Origin: Escherichia phage SM_A8
Length of the DNA: 44,559 bases
Strand: one strand, 5' to 3'
Sequence record: PP920553.1
Within the stretch, counting starts at the first letter, position 1, and every line of letters begins with the position of its first letter. Made by a program: the position numbers and the translations under genes. The notes under the pieces were generated by a model. That model had not been told where the DNA came from and ran no database searches. It saw only the letters and a program-made list of their open reading frames with translations. Shown piece after piece: positions 35,969-43,329 of the stretch.

Positions 35969-36484
35969 TTAATCTTCCAGTTCGAAATAGGTTTCGACGA
36001 TTTCTTTTAGCTCTTTGTGGAAGTCTTCGACGTCGTCATCTTCCAGCTTGGCGATTGATTTGATCTCGAACGATTCCAGCAGGTCGTCGAATTCGTCGTT
36101 CGCGTCATCATCATCACCGCCTGCAATAATAGCGGCATACTGCTTGATTTCGTCGCGCATTTCGACCAGCGGATCGGCATCTTTCTTACCTTTGCCTTTC
36201 GCCGGTGCTTTCTTAGCCTTAGCCGGTTTTTCGTCTTCGGCATCGTCGTCGTCATCTTCTACGACTTCTTTTTTAGCCTTACCTTTCGCCGGTGCTTTTT
36301 TAGATTTAGCCGGTTTTTCGTCTTCAGCTTCATCGTCGTCATCTTCGACAACTTCTTTTTTGGCCTTAGACGGCTTCTTGTCTTCCTGCTTACCAACGGC
36401 AGCGCCAACGGTTTCATAATGCTTTGCAATGGTTTCCAGTGCTACTACGCCGCGAGTGATCAGGTTTACGATTTGCTCAAACAT
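35969..36484 (-). CDS. acidic/lysine-rich repeat protein (first gene of leftward early operon)
   Basis: ATG 36484 with GGAGAT RBS; two 29-aa repeats (KKEVVEDDDDEAEDEKPAKSKKAPAKGKA) from an 87-bp tandem DNA repeat; poly-D C-terminal region. Confidence 0.55.
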   Translation of the reverse strand: MFEQIVNLITRGVVALETIAKHYETVGAAVGKQEDKKPSKAKKEVVEDDDDEAEDEKPAKSKKAPAKGKAKKEVVEDDDDDAEDEKPAKAKKAPAKGKGKKDADPLVEMRDEIKQYAAIIAGGDDDDANDEFDDLLESFEIKSIAKLEDDDVEDFHKELKEIVETYFELED

Positions 36485-36679
36485 GGTATATCTCCGATTG
36501 GTTAAGTTTAGGTGTCGGCAGTTAACTTCGTCGGTGGCCTTAACATATTGCCAGGTTACGCGTTCTCCCGTTCGGGTAGTGGACCTGGTTATATAATCAC
36601 GGTTGGGAATCCTGACACTTCGATCCGGCCCCTGCGTTGCCCCTCTCCAGTTTGCGTCCTGCATCCTGTCGACGGAGTG

Positions 36680-36708
36680 AATATTAGATTGGTTGCAGAA
36701 GGGAGTCA
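36680..36708 (-). promoter_or_regulatory. leftward early promoter (P2)
   Basis: minus-sense TTGACT-N17-TAATAT with a GCAACCAA copy in the spacer; about 190 nt upstream of first leftward gene. Confidence 0.5.
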
Positions 36709-36719
36709 ACAACTAATTT

Positions 36720-36754
36720 CAAAAAAAAAGCGCCGAGGCAAAATGCACCGGCGC
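36720..36754 (-). terminator. rho-independent terminator on minus strand
   Basis: minus-sense GCGCCG-13 nt loop-CGGCGC followed by T10 (plus strand A10 at 36720-36729). Confidence 0.55.
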
Positions 36755-36778
36755 TAACCAATAAGAGACAATGAGACG
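36720..36778 (-). ncRNA. candidate small RNA (~55 nt) from P1 to the terminator
   Basis: predicted transcript starts ~7 nt after the -10 and ends at the T10 tract; no ORF or RBS inside. Confidence 0.25.
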
Positions 36779-36784
36779 GGAATT

Positions 36785-36813
36785 ATTATTACACGCGTGC
36801 GCGCCCGTTTCAA
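36785..36813 (-). promoter_or_regulatory. leftward promoter (P1) directly upstream of the minus-strand terminator
   Basis: minus-sense TTGAAA-N17-AATAAT. Confidence 0.45.
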
Positions 36814-36825
36814 TATCCAAAGGAC

Positions 36826-36854
36826 TTGACACCTTGTGGTTTTAGGTGTAGTTT
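36826..36854 (+). promoter_or_regulatory. rightward promoter for HTH gene and primase
   Basis: TTGACA-N17-TAGTTT about 30 nt upstream of ATG 36886; divergent from P1. Confidence 0.45.
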
Positions 36855-36885
36855 CATTGGTCATTAACCAACAGGAGACTGAATT

Positions 36886-37215
36886 ATGAATATCAAAGAA
36901 GCAATTGAAGTGTTATCTAATGCAATCCGCGGCGAAGCGGGTAAATCCTGGTATTACACAAATGCGGTGGATACTCTGTTATTTGAAGTGTCCAGATTAT
37001 CGCGTGCTGAGAAGGAGCTTACCGCGAAGCTAGAATTGCTCAACGGCACGGCAGCAAGCAAGCTGCAAAAACACAATGAAGAAATGGAAGAATACAAAAA
37101 ACAGGTTATCCGTCTACGTGAGGAAGGTAAATCCTGGGCGATGATCGCCGAGTTGACCGGAATTAATCAGAGCACAGTGCGCTCCTGGGTACGCAATAAT
37201 AAAACTTCAAAGTAA
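36886..37215 (+). CDS. HTH DNA-binding protein (putative transcriptional regulator)
   Basis: 109 aa; C-terminal helix-turn-helix KSWAMIAELTGINQSTVRSWVRN; first gene of rightward operon. Confidence 0.6.
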   Translation: MNIKEAIEVLSNAIRGEAGKSWYYTNAVDTLLFEVSRLSRAEKELTAKLELLNGTAASKLQKHNEEMEEYKKQVIRLREEGKSWAMIAELTGINQSTVRSWVRNNKTSK

Positions 37216-37225
37216 GGCAACGGCA

Positions 37226-39490
37226 ATGAGCTTGATTAAATTCGCTGTAACACGACCCGCTAAAAAAGGCGAAAAAGCCAGGGCGGAAAACTTCCAGATG
37301 ACGACCGAAGAGTTTTTCGAATTTATCAATGATGCGAAAGAAATCTCCTCGGTGCATATCAACAAAACGGAAGATAAAGCGGAGTATGCGCGCCGCAAGC
37401 GTAAGGCTGATGGGATTGTGGCTTATACCAGTGACGGCTTACGCCGCAAGACCAGTGCGGTGGACCGCTCGATCCTGTTCTTCGATATTGACCGTACCGA
37501 CACCCGCACCCTACGCCGCTGCCGTAAGGCTTTCATCGACGCGGGGCTGGAGCACGTATTTCACACCACAACCGGCGACCGCCACCCGCTGAAAGGCGGC
37601 ACGCGTTGCGCTCGTTTCCTGGTGCTCACTGACAAGCCTGTACCGGCGGAAGACCTGGGCCGCGTCCAGTATGCACTATTACACCAACTGGGCCTGTCAG
37701 ATGTGGACTTCGACGATTGCACGAAAGACACAAACCGCCTTATGTACCTGCCTCACCAGCAATCGGTTGTTAAGTGTCACTACGGCAAACGTGCCCGCGT
37801 CCGTCGTCTGCTTCGCCTGGCTGATAAGCTGGGGGTGGAAAAAGAGGAAGTACGCCGCGAGCTTACCCAGGGCGACGACGCAGTGGCAGACGGCATTCTG
37901 GACTGGTGCTTCCAGGCAGGATTCGAACCGCTGTCGTCCGGTCGTGGTTATGAAGTGCCATGCCCGAACGAACACCTGCACAGTGGTGAAGGGTCCACCG
38001 CTATCATGGTTAAGGATGGCGAGATCCGTTTCAAGTGTATGCACACCGGCAACGAGTGTTGCTCGGAACTGAACAGACACCAGCACCTGGCGCTACGTCT
38101 CATCGGGATACCGGACCACCTGAACGTCGAGCCGCACAACATGTCCCGTAAGCAAATCGCCGCCATCCTCCCAGGGCTGGACGACGAGGAAGTCGAATCC
38201 TTATATGAACATATTGTGGATGCGGTTGGCGACGGCGAAGAATACGGCGTGTGCACCGATGCGGATCTGGATAACGAGCCGGTTGCGCTGTTCAGTAAGC
38301 ACGACCCGATCATAGAAGGCCTGGTCAACTTCAAATCGACCTGGTATATGGCTGGCGAGTCGAACATCGGTAAATCGTTCTACGTGCTTGGGCAGATGGG
38401 CGCGGTTGCCGCTGGTATTCCGTTCGGCGGTGCGAAGGTCGTCCAGTCTCATTGCTTCTATTTCGACGCGGAAGGTGGCGAAGCCTCTAACCAGCGCAAA
38501 GAAGCATTGCAGATTAAATATGAGCACGACCTGGACAAGCTGCACATTATAGACCTGCAGTCACGCGGCTGGGATATCACCAGCAAATCAGGCTTGCGCG
38601 AAGTTATCAGCTTTATCAACCGCACCGCTAACGGCGAACCGGTTGGCCTGGTGGCGTTCGACTCACTCAACCAGACTGTTGCGTTGCGGTCCGCGGATGC
38701 TAAACCGTTCGACGAGAACAACGCCAGCGATATGGGTGAAGTGGTCAAAGCGCTGAAGGCCATCGCGGAAAATACAGGTGGCAGTGCGGGCGTCATTCAC
38801 CACCCGGCGAAAGGTGCAAACGGCAGCAGATCCCCCCGCGGGTCCGGCGCGCTGCATGGTGCTGTCGATTCCGCGTTCTTCCTGGAGCAACCGGACGACA
38901 ACCAGCCCGGACAATTGAACCTGTATCATGAGAAGGCACGTAACGGCATTAAGCAAGCGCCGCGCGGCTTCGTCCTGCTCAAGTGCAAGGTTAAGGTGGA
39001 TCTCCGCAAGTCCGAAGCGTTCGAAGCCCACCAGTCCACCAGCACCGGGCCGGACTTCGGCGATGTGGTTGCCGGTTGGGACGTCAAGCCAATTGCCTCC
39101 ACGCCACGCGACGAGACTCTTTACCTCGTACCGGTCGCCCTGGCACCGTTCGCCATCGAACAGGCGAAGGCTGCGGGCAAGGCCGCAGTTAAGGAGGAGA
39201 ACGCCGCAGGCCCGCGCAACGAAAAAGAGAAAGTGCTTTATGCGGCGCTGGAAAAACTGATGGAAGATAACCCGGACCATACCGGATTCAGTAAATCGGC
39301 AATTGTCCGCCAGGCTGGACTAGCGAAAGGTGGCACATCGACGAAGGCAATCGACGATATGGTCGAGCGCGGCGTACTAGGTTTTTACACAGACCCACAC
39401 ACCGGGGCCATCTATGGGTCGTCTAATATCGTCATCAAAACGAATATACCCATCACGCTTTCGGCGACCGATGACGACCTGAAAGATTAA
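37226..39490 (+). CDS. DNA primase / RepA-DnaB-like helicase fusion protein
   Basis: 754 aa; zinc-binding cluster CPNEHLHSGE...CMHTGNECC; Walker A GESNIGKS, Walker B-like LVAFDSLNQ, VIHHPAKG motif. Confidence 0.7.
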   Translation: MSLIKFAVTRPAKKGEKARAENFQMTTEEFFEFINDAKEISSVHINKTEDKAEYARRKRKADGIVAYTSDGLRRKTSAVDRSILFFDIDRTDTRTLRRCRKAFIDAGLEHVFHTTTGDRHPLKGGTRCARFLVLTDKPVPAEDLGRVQYALLHQLGLSDVDFDDCTKDTNRLMYLPHQQSVVKCHYGKRARVRRLLRLADKLGVEKEEVRRELTQGDDAVADGILDWCFQAGFEPLSSGRGYEVPCPNEHLHSGEGSTAIMVKDGEIRFKCMHTGNECCSELNRHQHLALRLIGIPDHLNVEPHNMSRKQIAAILPGLDDEEVESLYEHIVDAVGDGEEYGVCTDADLDNEPVALFSKHDPIIEGLVNFKSTWYMAGESNIGKSFYVLGQMGAVAAGIPFGGAKVVQSHCFYFDAEGGEASNQRKEALQIKYEHDLDKLHIIDLQSRGWDITSKSGLREVISFINRTANGEPVGLVAFDSLNQTVALRSADAKPFDENNASDMGEVVKALKAIAENTGGSAGVIHHPAKGANGSRSPRGSGALHGAVDSAFFLEQPDDNQPGQLNLYHEKARNGIKQAPRGFVLLKCKVKVDLRKSEAFEAHQSTSTGPDFGDVVAGWDVKPIASTPRDETLYLVPVALAPFAIEQAKAAGKAAVKEENAAGPRNEKEKVLYAALEKLMEDNPDHTGFSKSAIVRQAGLAKGGTSTKAIDDMVERGVLGFYTDPHTGAIYGSSNIVIKTNIPITLSATDDDLKD

Positions 39491-39600
39491 TTTGTGCGCG
39501 CATTGGTTGCCGATATGGGAATTCCCATATCGCTAAAAGATTAAATTTTGCGCGCATTGGTTGCCATTTAGGGTGTTTTTATCCCGCCGCATTGGTTGCC
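39484..39600. repeat. iteron-like repeats and perfect 20-bp palindrome downstream of primase (origin-like region)
   Basis: three CGCATTGGTTGCC copies (39499-39511, 39553-39565, 39588-39600), inverted copy at 39872-39884; palindrome GATATGGGAATTCCCATATC at 39512-39531; AT-rich stretch 39601-39650. Confidence 0.5.
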
Positions 39601-39639
39601 GTGTAGTGTAAATATATTGAATAGTTATGCAGTTTTATT

Positions 39640-39812
39640 GCATAAAGTAAGCGGGACAAAAAGCGGGACAAACAAGGGGCGGGACAAAGCGGGACAGCAC
39701 CCCTGTCCCGCCACGGATGGCGCGGCTTCCAGAGGAGCGGGACAGGCGGGACAAACCCCAGTCTTTCAGACTAGACGGGGGTCAGTGGCCCCCCTCGTCT
39801 GAGACTGAATAA
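39640..39812. repeat. 173-bp repeat element copy B with GCGGGACA array and GC-rich hairpin
   Basis: colinear with 11918-12090, no indels; CGGGACA copies at identical offsets (12, 24, 40, 50, 98, 107); central ~26 nt diverged. Confidence 0.7.
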
Positions 39813-39967
39813 AATCCGGGGATTGCAAAATACACGGCAGCATGATGCTAAGTGCGGTCGTCGATGAACTAGGCAACCAATGCGGGTTGTATTATGCTGA
39901 GTGAAAAATGCGGTTTGCAGTTGCAGCAGATAGCGATCAACTTTTTCATGCGCGTGATTAATATTGG

Positions 39968-39996
39968 TTGCGTTCACCCCGGCACCATGCTATATT
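39968..39996 (+). promoter_or_regulatory. rightward early promoter
   Basis: TTGCGT-N17-TATATT; TTGGTTGC copies overlap the -35 and follow the -10; 21-mer TATATTGGTTGCACACCAACA matches the minus strand at 6187-6207. Confidence 0.5.
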
Positions 39997-40024
39997 GGTT
40001 GCACACCAACATGAGGACTGAACA

Positions 40025-40330
40025 ATGAGAGCACTAATCTGGAATTACACAATGGCGGTGGCAAAGCTGTACGAAGCGAAGCACACAAACGGCAACGCAG
40101 ACGACGCGCGCCAGGTTGTCATCCTGGCCCAGCAGGGAATCCTGGACGCGTTCGACGATATGTTTGCCAGCCTGGACGAACTGGAACCGCTGCGCGTGGC
40201 AATCTGCGAATATGCGATGGCATTTGCCCGTGAACGCCTGGCGTATCGCTTCGGGATCGGCGAGACGGCAGTGACAAACGTTGCCCGGATTAAAGCCCAG
40301 CGTGAGCTATTCGCCCAGCTTGCGAAATAA
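40025..40330 (+). CDS. hypothetical early protein
   Basis: 101-aa ORF with GAGGA RBS downstream of promoter. Confidence 0.5.
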   Translation: MRALIWNYTMAVAKLYEAKHTNGNADDARQVVILAQQGILDAFDDMFASLDELEPLRVAICEYAMAFARERLAYRFGIGETAVTNVARIKAQRELFAQLAK

Positions 40331-40339
40331 GAGGCCAAA

Positions 40340-40615
40340 ATGACCCGTAGGCGCGCAAAACAGCTTTCGTGGCATATTCCCCTGCATTGCATACGAATAT
40401 GGGCGGAGAATGCGGTTGAGGGTGAATCGGTATTCTGGTGCTATCGCGACGACGTAAAGCCGTTGACGCAGACTCGCTACTTGCACCAGTTCGCAGCGCA
40501 ACACGATTTCAGGGTGCGGACTTCCTTGCAACCAATGGGAATACGTATTACATTACGCCGGAAGCCCGCCGTTGAGCGGGTAGGCAAACACTGGAGACTG
40601 AGCAAATGTTCTTAG
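40340..40615 (+). CDS. hypothetical early protein
   Basis: 91-aa ORF. Confidence 0.45.
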   Translation: MTRRRAKQLSWHIPLHCIRIWAENAVEGESVFWCYRDDVKPLTQTRYLHQFAAQHDFRVRTSLQPMGIRITLRRKPAVERVGKHWRLSKCS

Positions 40616-40740
40616 ACGGAATATCGCAGGTGTTTATCGACCTGCATATGTGCGTACTTGACTACGAACAAAACGGCATCGCTACGGTATGCGATGGCGA
40701 CTATAAGACTGTTGACGAGATTGAGGAGACTGAGCAATGA
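40606..40740 (+). CDS. small acidic hypothetical protein
   Basis: 44-aa ORF with GGAG RBS, stop overlaps the next ATG (ATGA); not in ORF track. Confidence 0.35.
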   Translation: MFLDGISQVFIDLHMCVLDYEQNGIATVCDGDYKTVDEIEETEQ

Positions 40741-41291
40741 GATTACTATTCCGCCGCAAATCAGACGGGCGCATACTGAAGCCGATCCAGACCCTGGATT
40801 CCTACGTCCGCTTGCACCACGCGGCAAGCGATCGGGTATTCCGCGCATCGAAGGGCACATTGCCGCAGTTCTTCGAAGTCCTCACACACGATATTGAGCG
40901 CGGCGATGTGTTGCGTGATATTCGCGACGGGCAATTGTGGGTCGTGGAGCACACCTCCCAGCACGGCTTGCGGTTGAAGTCCGGTATCTTGTTGAAGGGG
41001 ATGACGTACTTCGGCCTCGTAAATTACGAGCGAGTGGGTCGCAAATACAGCCTTCGGGACCGCCAGCCTCATGAGCGCGTGGAGTTCCGCAAGTCGCAGC
41101 CCGCGTATGCCACTTACGACGCGAGCAAAGTGATGGAGCCGATCCGCCAGGCCACGCGAGAGATAGTCAATCGCTTTGATGCCGTGACGAATGCACAGCG
41201 CCATGCGCAGGAATACGGCGTTGGATTCATCCGGGTAGAACGAGACGGCAGCATGAAAGCCATCGACCCGCGCTCGGTGATTCTGAAATGA
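40737..41291 (+). CDS. hypothetical early protein
   Basis: 184-aa ORF, ATGA-coupled upstream and downstream. Confidence 0.5.
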   Translation: MRLLFRRKSDGRILKPIQTLDSYVRLHHAASDRVFRASKGTLPQFFEVLTHDIERGDVLRDIRDGQLWVVEHTSQHGLRLKSGILLKGMTYFGLVNYERVGRKYSLRDRQPHERVEFRKSQPAYATYDASKVMEPIRQATREIVNRFDAVTNAQRHAQEYGVGFIRVERDGSMKAIDPRSVILK

Positions 41292-41428
41292 GTGCGACGA
41301 TCCGTGATATGCTGATGCATAACCGCTTCGAGATAGGCGGTCGGGTATCTCGCAATTACTTCGTGGCGCGTGCATGGGCGCGCCATATTGGCAAACCGGA
41401 AGGGGCAATTCGATGCTACACGAAATGA
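41288..41428 (+). CDS. small hypothetical protein
   Basis: 46-aa ORF, ATGA-coupled on both sides; not in ORF track. Confidence 0.3.
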   Translation: MSATIRDMLMHNRFEIGGRVSRNYFVARAWARHIGKPEGAIRCYTK

Positions 41429-41700
41429 TATATTGGTTTGGTATGGCCAGCATGTTATGCCTGGTTACGGGAGTGCTTGGCGCAATATGGGTATTCCTGG
41501 TATGGCCCGCCGTGGAAGCCGCCAGCATTACCCGCATGACGTTAGAGATATACAAGCGCCGTGGAATCACGGAGCACCCGACCAGGGTGCGCATGTGGTG
41601 GCTGTGGTATCGCGATATGATAGGCGGGCGAACATTCGAAGCCATCCGGTCGGGTGGATGGGAGTGGAACGGCGTCGGCAAGTGGTCCATTTTCGATTAA
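41425..41700 (+). CDS. small membrane protein
   Basis: 91 aa; hydrophobic segment MLCLVTGVLGAIWVFLVWPAV; Trp-rich C-terminus. Confidence 0.4.
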   Translation: MIYWFGMASMLCLVTGVLGAIWVFLVWPAVEAASITRMTLEIYKRRGITEHPTRVRMWWLWYRDMIGGRTFEAIRSGGWEWNGVGKWSIFD

Positions 41701-41718
41701 TTATGCAAGCGTGATATA

Positions 41719-41752
41719 GTCCCAGTGAGATAAAACTTACTGGGACTTTTTT
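41719..41752 (+). terminator. intrinsic terminator abutting the holin start codon
   Basis: 8-bp stem GTCCCAGT / ACTGGGAC, 12-nt loop, T6, then ATG 41753. Confidence 0.55.
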
Positions 41753-42043
41753 ATGGATAAGCTAAACGAGTGGTTATTCGCCCTTGCGTGTCTTGCTGGC
41801 GGCTTCGTAGGCGCACGCATTCATGGCGAGGCAACGAAAGGGCCGTTGAACTTCGTTTTATATGTCGTAGTTGGCTTCCTGTGTGCCATATTTGGCGCAC
41901 CGGCTATTGCCGAGTGGGCTGGTTTGTCGGGGGAGCGCACTGTCGCCGGTTTTGGCTTCGTAACCGCAATCTTCTGGATGCCAATCGCCGACCGGATCAG
42001 GGAGACTATTGAGTCGTTCCGACTTCCGGGGGGTGCAAAATGA
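41753..42043 (+). CDS. holin-like membrane protein (three predicted TM segments)
   Basis: 96 aa with three hydrophobic segments and charged C-terminus; upstream of endolysin with overlapping starts. Confidence 0.45.
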   Translation: MDKLNEWLFALACLAGGFVGARIHGEATKGPLNFVLYVVVGFLCAIFGAPAIAEWAGLSGERTVAGFGFVTAIFWMPIADRIRETIESFRLPGGAK

Positions 42044-42285
42044 TTATCTCCGTCCTGTTGTTTGTTATCATCGGGGCTTCGTCCCTGTTTAACGTGTATG
42101 CGCCGTCCGTCCGGGATGGCATTTTCGGTCGGGTGCTGTATCTGTTAACGGCAATGGTCTGTATTATCGGATTGCTGCAAACAGGCGACGTATCGGATAC
42201 CACCTGGACCGCGTTAATCTGGCTGTTTGCATTGCGCACCCTGCGTAATGCTGTTTTGAATGGGGTAAAACATGCGATTCAGTGA
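42040..42285 (+). CDS. membrane protein (second holin or antiholin candidate)
   Basis: 81 aa, three hydrophobic segments; ATGA-coupled between holin-like gene and endolysin. Confidence 0.4.
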   Translation: MIISVLLFVIIGASSLFNVYAPSVRDGIFGRVLYLLTAMVCIIGLLQTGDVSDTTWTALIWLFALRTLRNAVLNGVKHAIQ

Positions 42286-42763
42286 CAACGGTCTACGATT
42301 TACGGCAGCATGGGAGCAATTCAGCCCAGTGCCGTATTTTGCGACTAAGAAAGAGCAGGCCCGCGGCCTGTATACCTGGGGCTATGGTCACACCGGCACT
42401 AATCCGCCGCGGAGCATTACCCGTGCGGAAGCACTGGAGCTACTCAAGCGCGACGTGGCGTATGCCGAGAACTGGGTAAACAAGTACGCACACCCGAGCA
42501 TCAACCAGGCGCAATTCGACGCGCTGGTGGACCTGGTTATCAATGCCGGTCCTGGTCCGATCATGCCGGACGACGTCGCCGGAGACTTCGACGATGCGAT
42601 CCGCCTGGGTGACTGGGCAAAGGTCCGTGCTACGCTGCCACAATTCCGCAAGCAAGGCGGGGCAGTGCTCAAGGGGCTTGTCCGTCGTGCAATCGGCAGG
42701 CAGGCACTATTTGATGGTAAGCAGTGGGACGTTGCCGAGAAAATCGGGCGAAACGCCGCATAA
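42272..42763 (+). CDS. endolysin (GH24 lysozyme-like)
   Basis: catalytic Glu context AAWEQF, GYGHTG, ITRAEALELLKRD, INQAQFDALVDLVINAG, GLVRRAIGRQALF match the P22/lambda lysozyme pattern. Confidence 0.8.
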   Translation: MRFSDNGLRFTAAWEQFSPVPYFATKKEQARGLYTWGYGHTGTNPPRSITRAEALELLKRDVAYAENWVNKYAHPSINQAQFDALVDLVINAGPGPIMPDDVAGDFDDAIRLGDWAKVRATLPQFRKQGGAVLKGLVRRAIGRQALFDGKQWDVAEKIGRNAA

Positions 42764-42779
42764 TACGAGGAGACACAGT

Positions 42780-43092
42780 ATGTTAAAAAGCATTCTTGAT
42801 CATAACGCCGACGCGCTCGCCGCGCTGGCTAAAACCGAAGACCCAGGCGCTCGCCGCGCTGGCTAAAACCGAAGACCCAGGCGCTCGCGCCATTATCGCG
42901 GACACTATCAGTCATGCTGGCGTATTTGACGCGAAGCTGCCTAGCCCGCCGCCACAGGCGCTCGCCGCGCTGGCTAAAACCGAAGACCCAGGCGCTCGCG
43001 CCATTATCGCGGACACTATCAGTCATGCTGGCGTATTTGACGCGAAGCTGCCTAGCCCGCCGCCACAGGAAGAATCTGACCCAGTGACGTAA
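42780..43092 (+). pseudogene. repeat-protein gene with apparent frameshift inside tandem repeats
   Basis: ATG 42780 with GAGGAG RBS reads 28 codons to TAA 42864-42866; the rest (two 111-bp repeat units ending at TAA 43090-43092) continues in the +1 frame; one 36-bp sub-repeat copy is 2 nt short. Confidence 0.4.
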
Positions 43093-43100
43093 ACAATCAA

Positions 43101-43123
43101 GCCCGGTTAATTCCGGGCTTTTT
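43101..43123 (+). terminator. rho-independent terminator
   Basis: GCCCGG-ttaatt-CCGGGC followed by T5. Confidence 0.6.
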
Positions 43124-43187
43124 ATTGCTTGACTCGCAACCAACACAGGGGCCATACTGCAACCAATCAACTGGAGGAGTAATCAAG

Positions 43188-43268
43188 ATGGCACGTAAAG
43201 ATATTTGGGTATTAGCGATCTGGACCACCGCGGCTTTTATCGGCATGGTTATTTGCGAATTGATATAG
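43188..43268 (+). CDS. small hydrophobic peptide (26 aa)
   Basis: strong RBS GGAGGAG 8 nt upstream; MARKDIWVLAIWTTAAFIGMVICELI; promoter-like TTGACT-N18-CATACT with 8-mer copies upstream. Confidence 0.3.
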   Translation: MARKDIWVLAIWTTAAFIGMVICELI

Positions 43269-43329
43269 CCCGCCGCCATATGGACCGTGGTATATTGTCC
43301 ACGGTCAACTAATCAGGAATTAATTAAAT

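Noticed and set aside
37910-37935. tRNA-like T-arm (GGATTCGAACC, reverse complement of GGTTCGAATCC)
   Set aside because: Flanking sequence does not form T-stem or acceptor-stem pairing and it lies inside the primase coding frame; chance match.
39512-39531. 20-bp perfect palindrome as an intrinsic terminator for the primase operon
   Set aside because: No T tract follows and it is AT-rich in the stem centre; more likely a protein-binding site. The GC-rich hairpins at 12050-12080 and 39770-39800 also lack T tracts, so they are reported as repeat elements, not terminators.
39484-39760. Possible CRISPR array (repeated CGCATTGGTTGCC and GCGGGACA units)
   Set aside because: Repeats are short (8-13 nt) and irregularly spaced (35-54 bp or directly adjacent), there are no cas genes, and a second copy sits inside the tail module; iterons or binding sites fit better.
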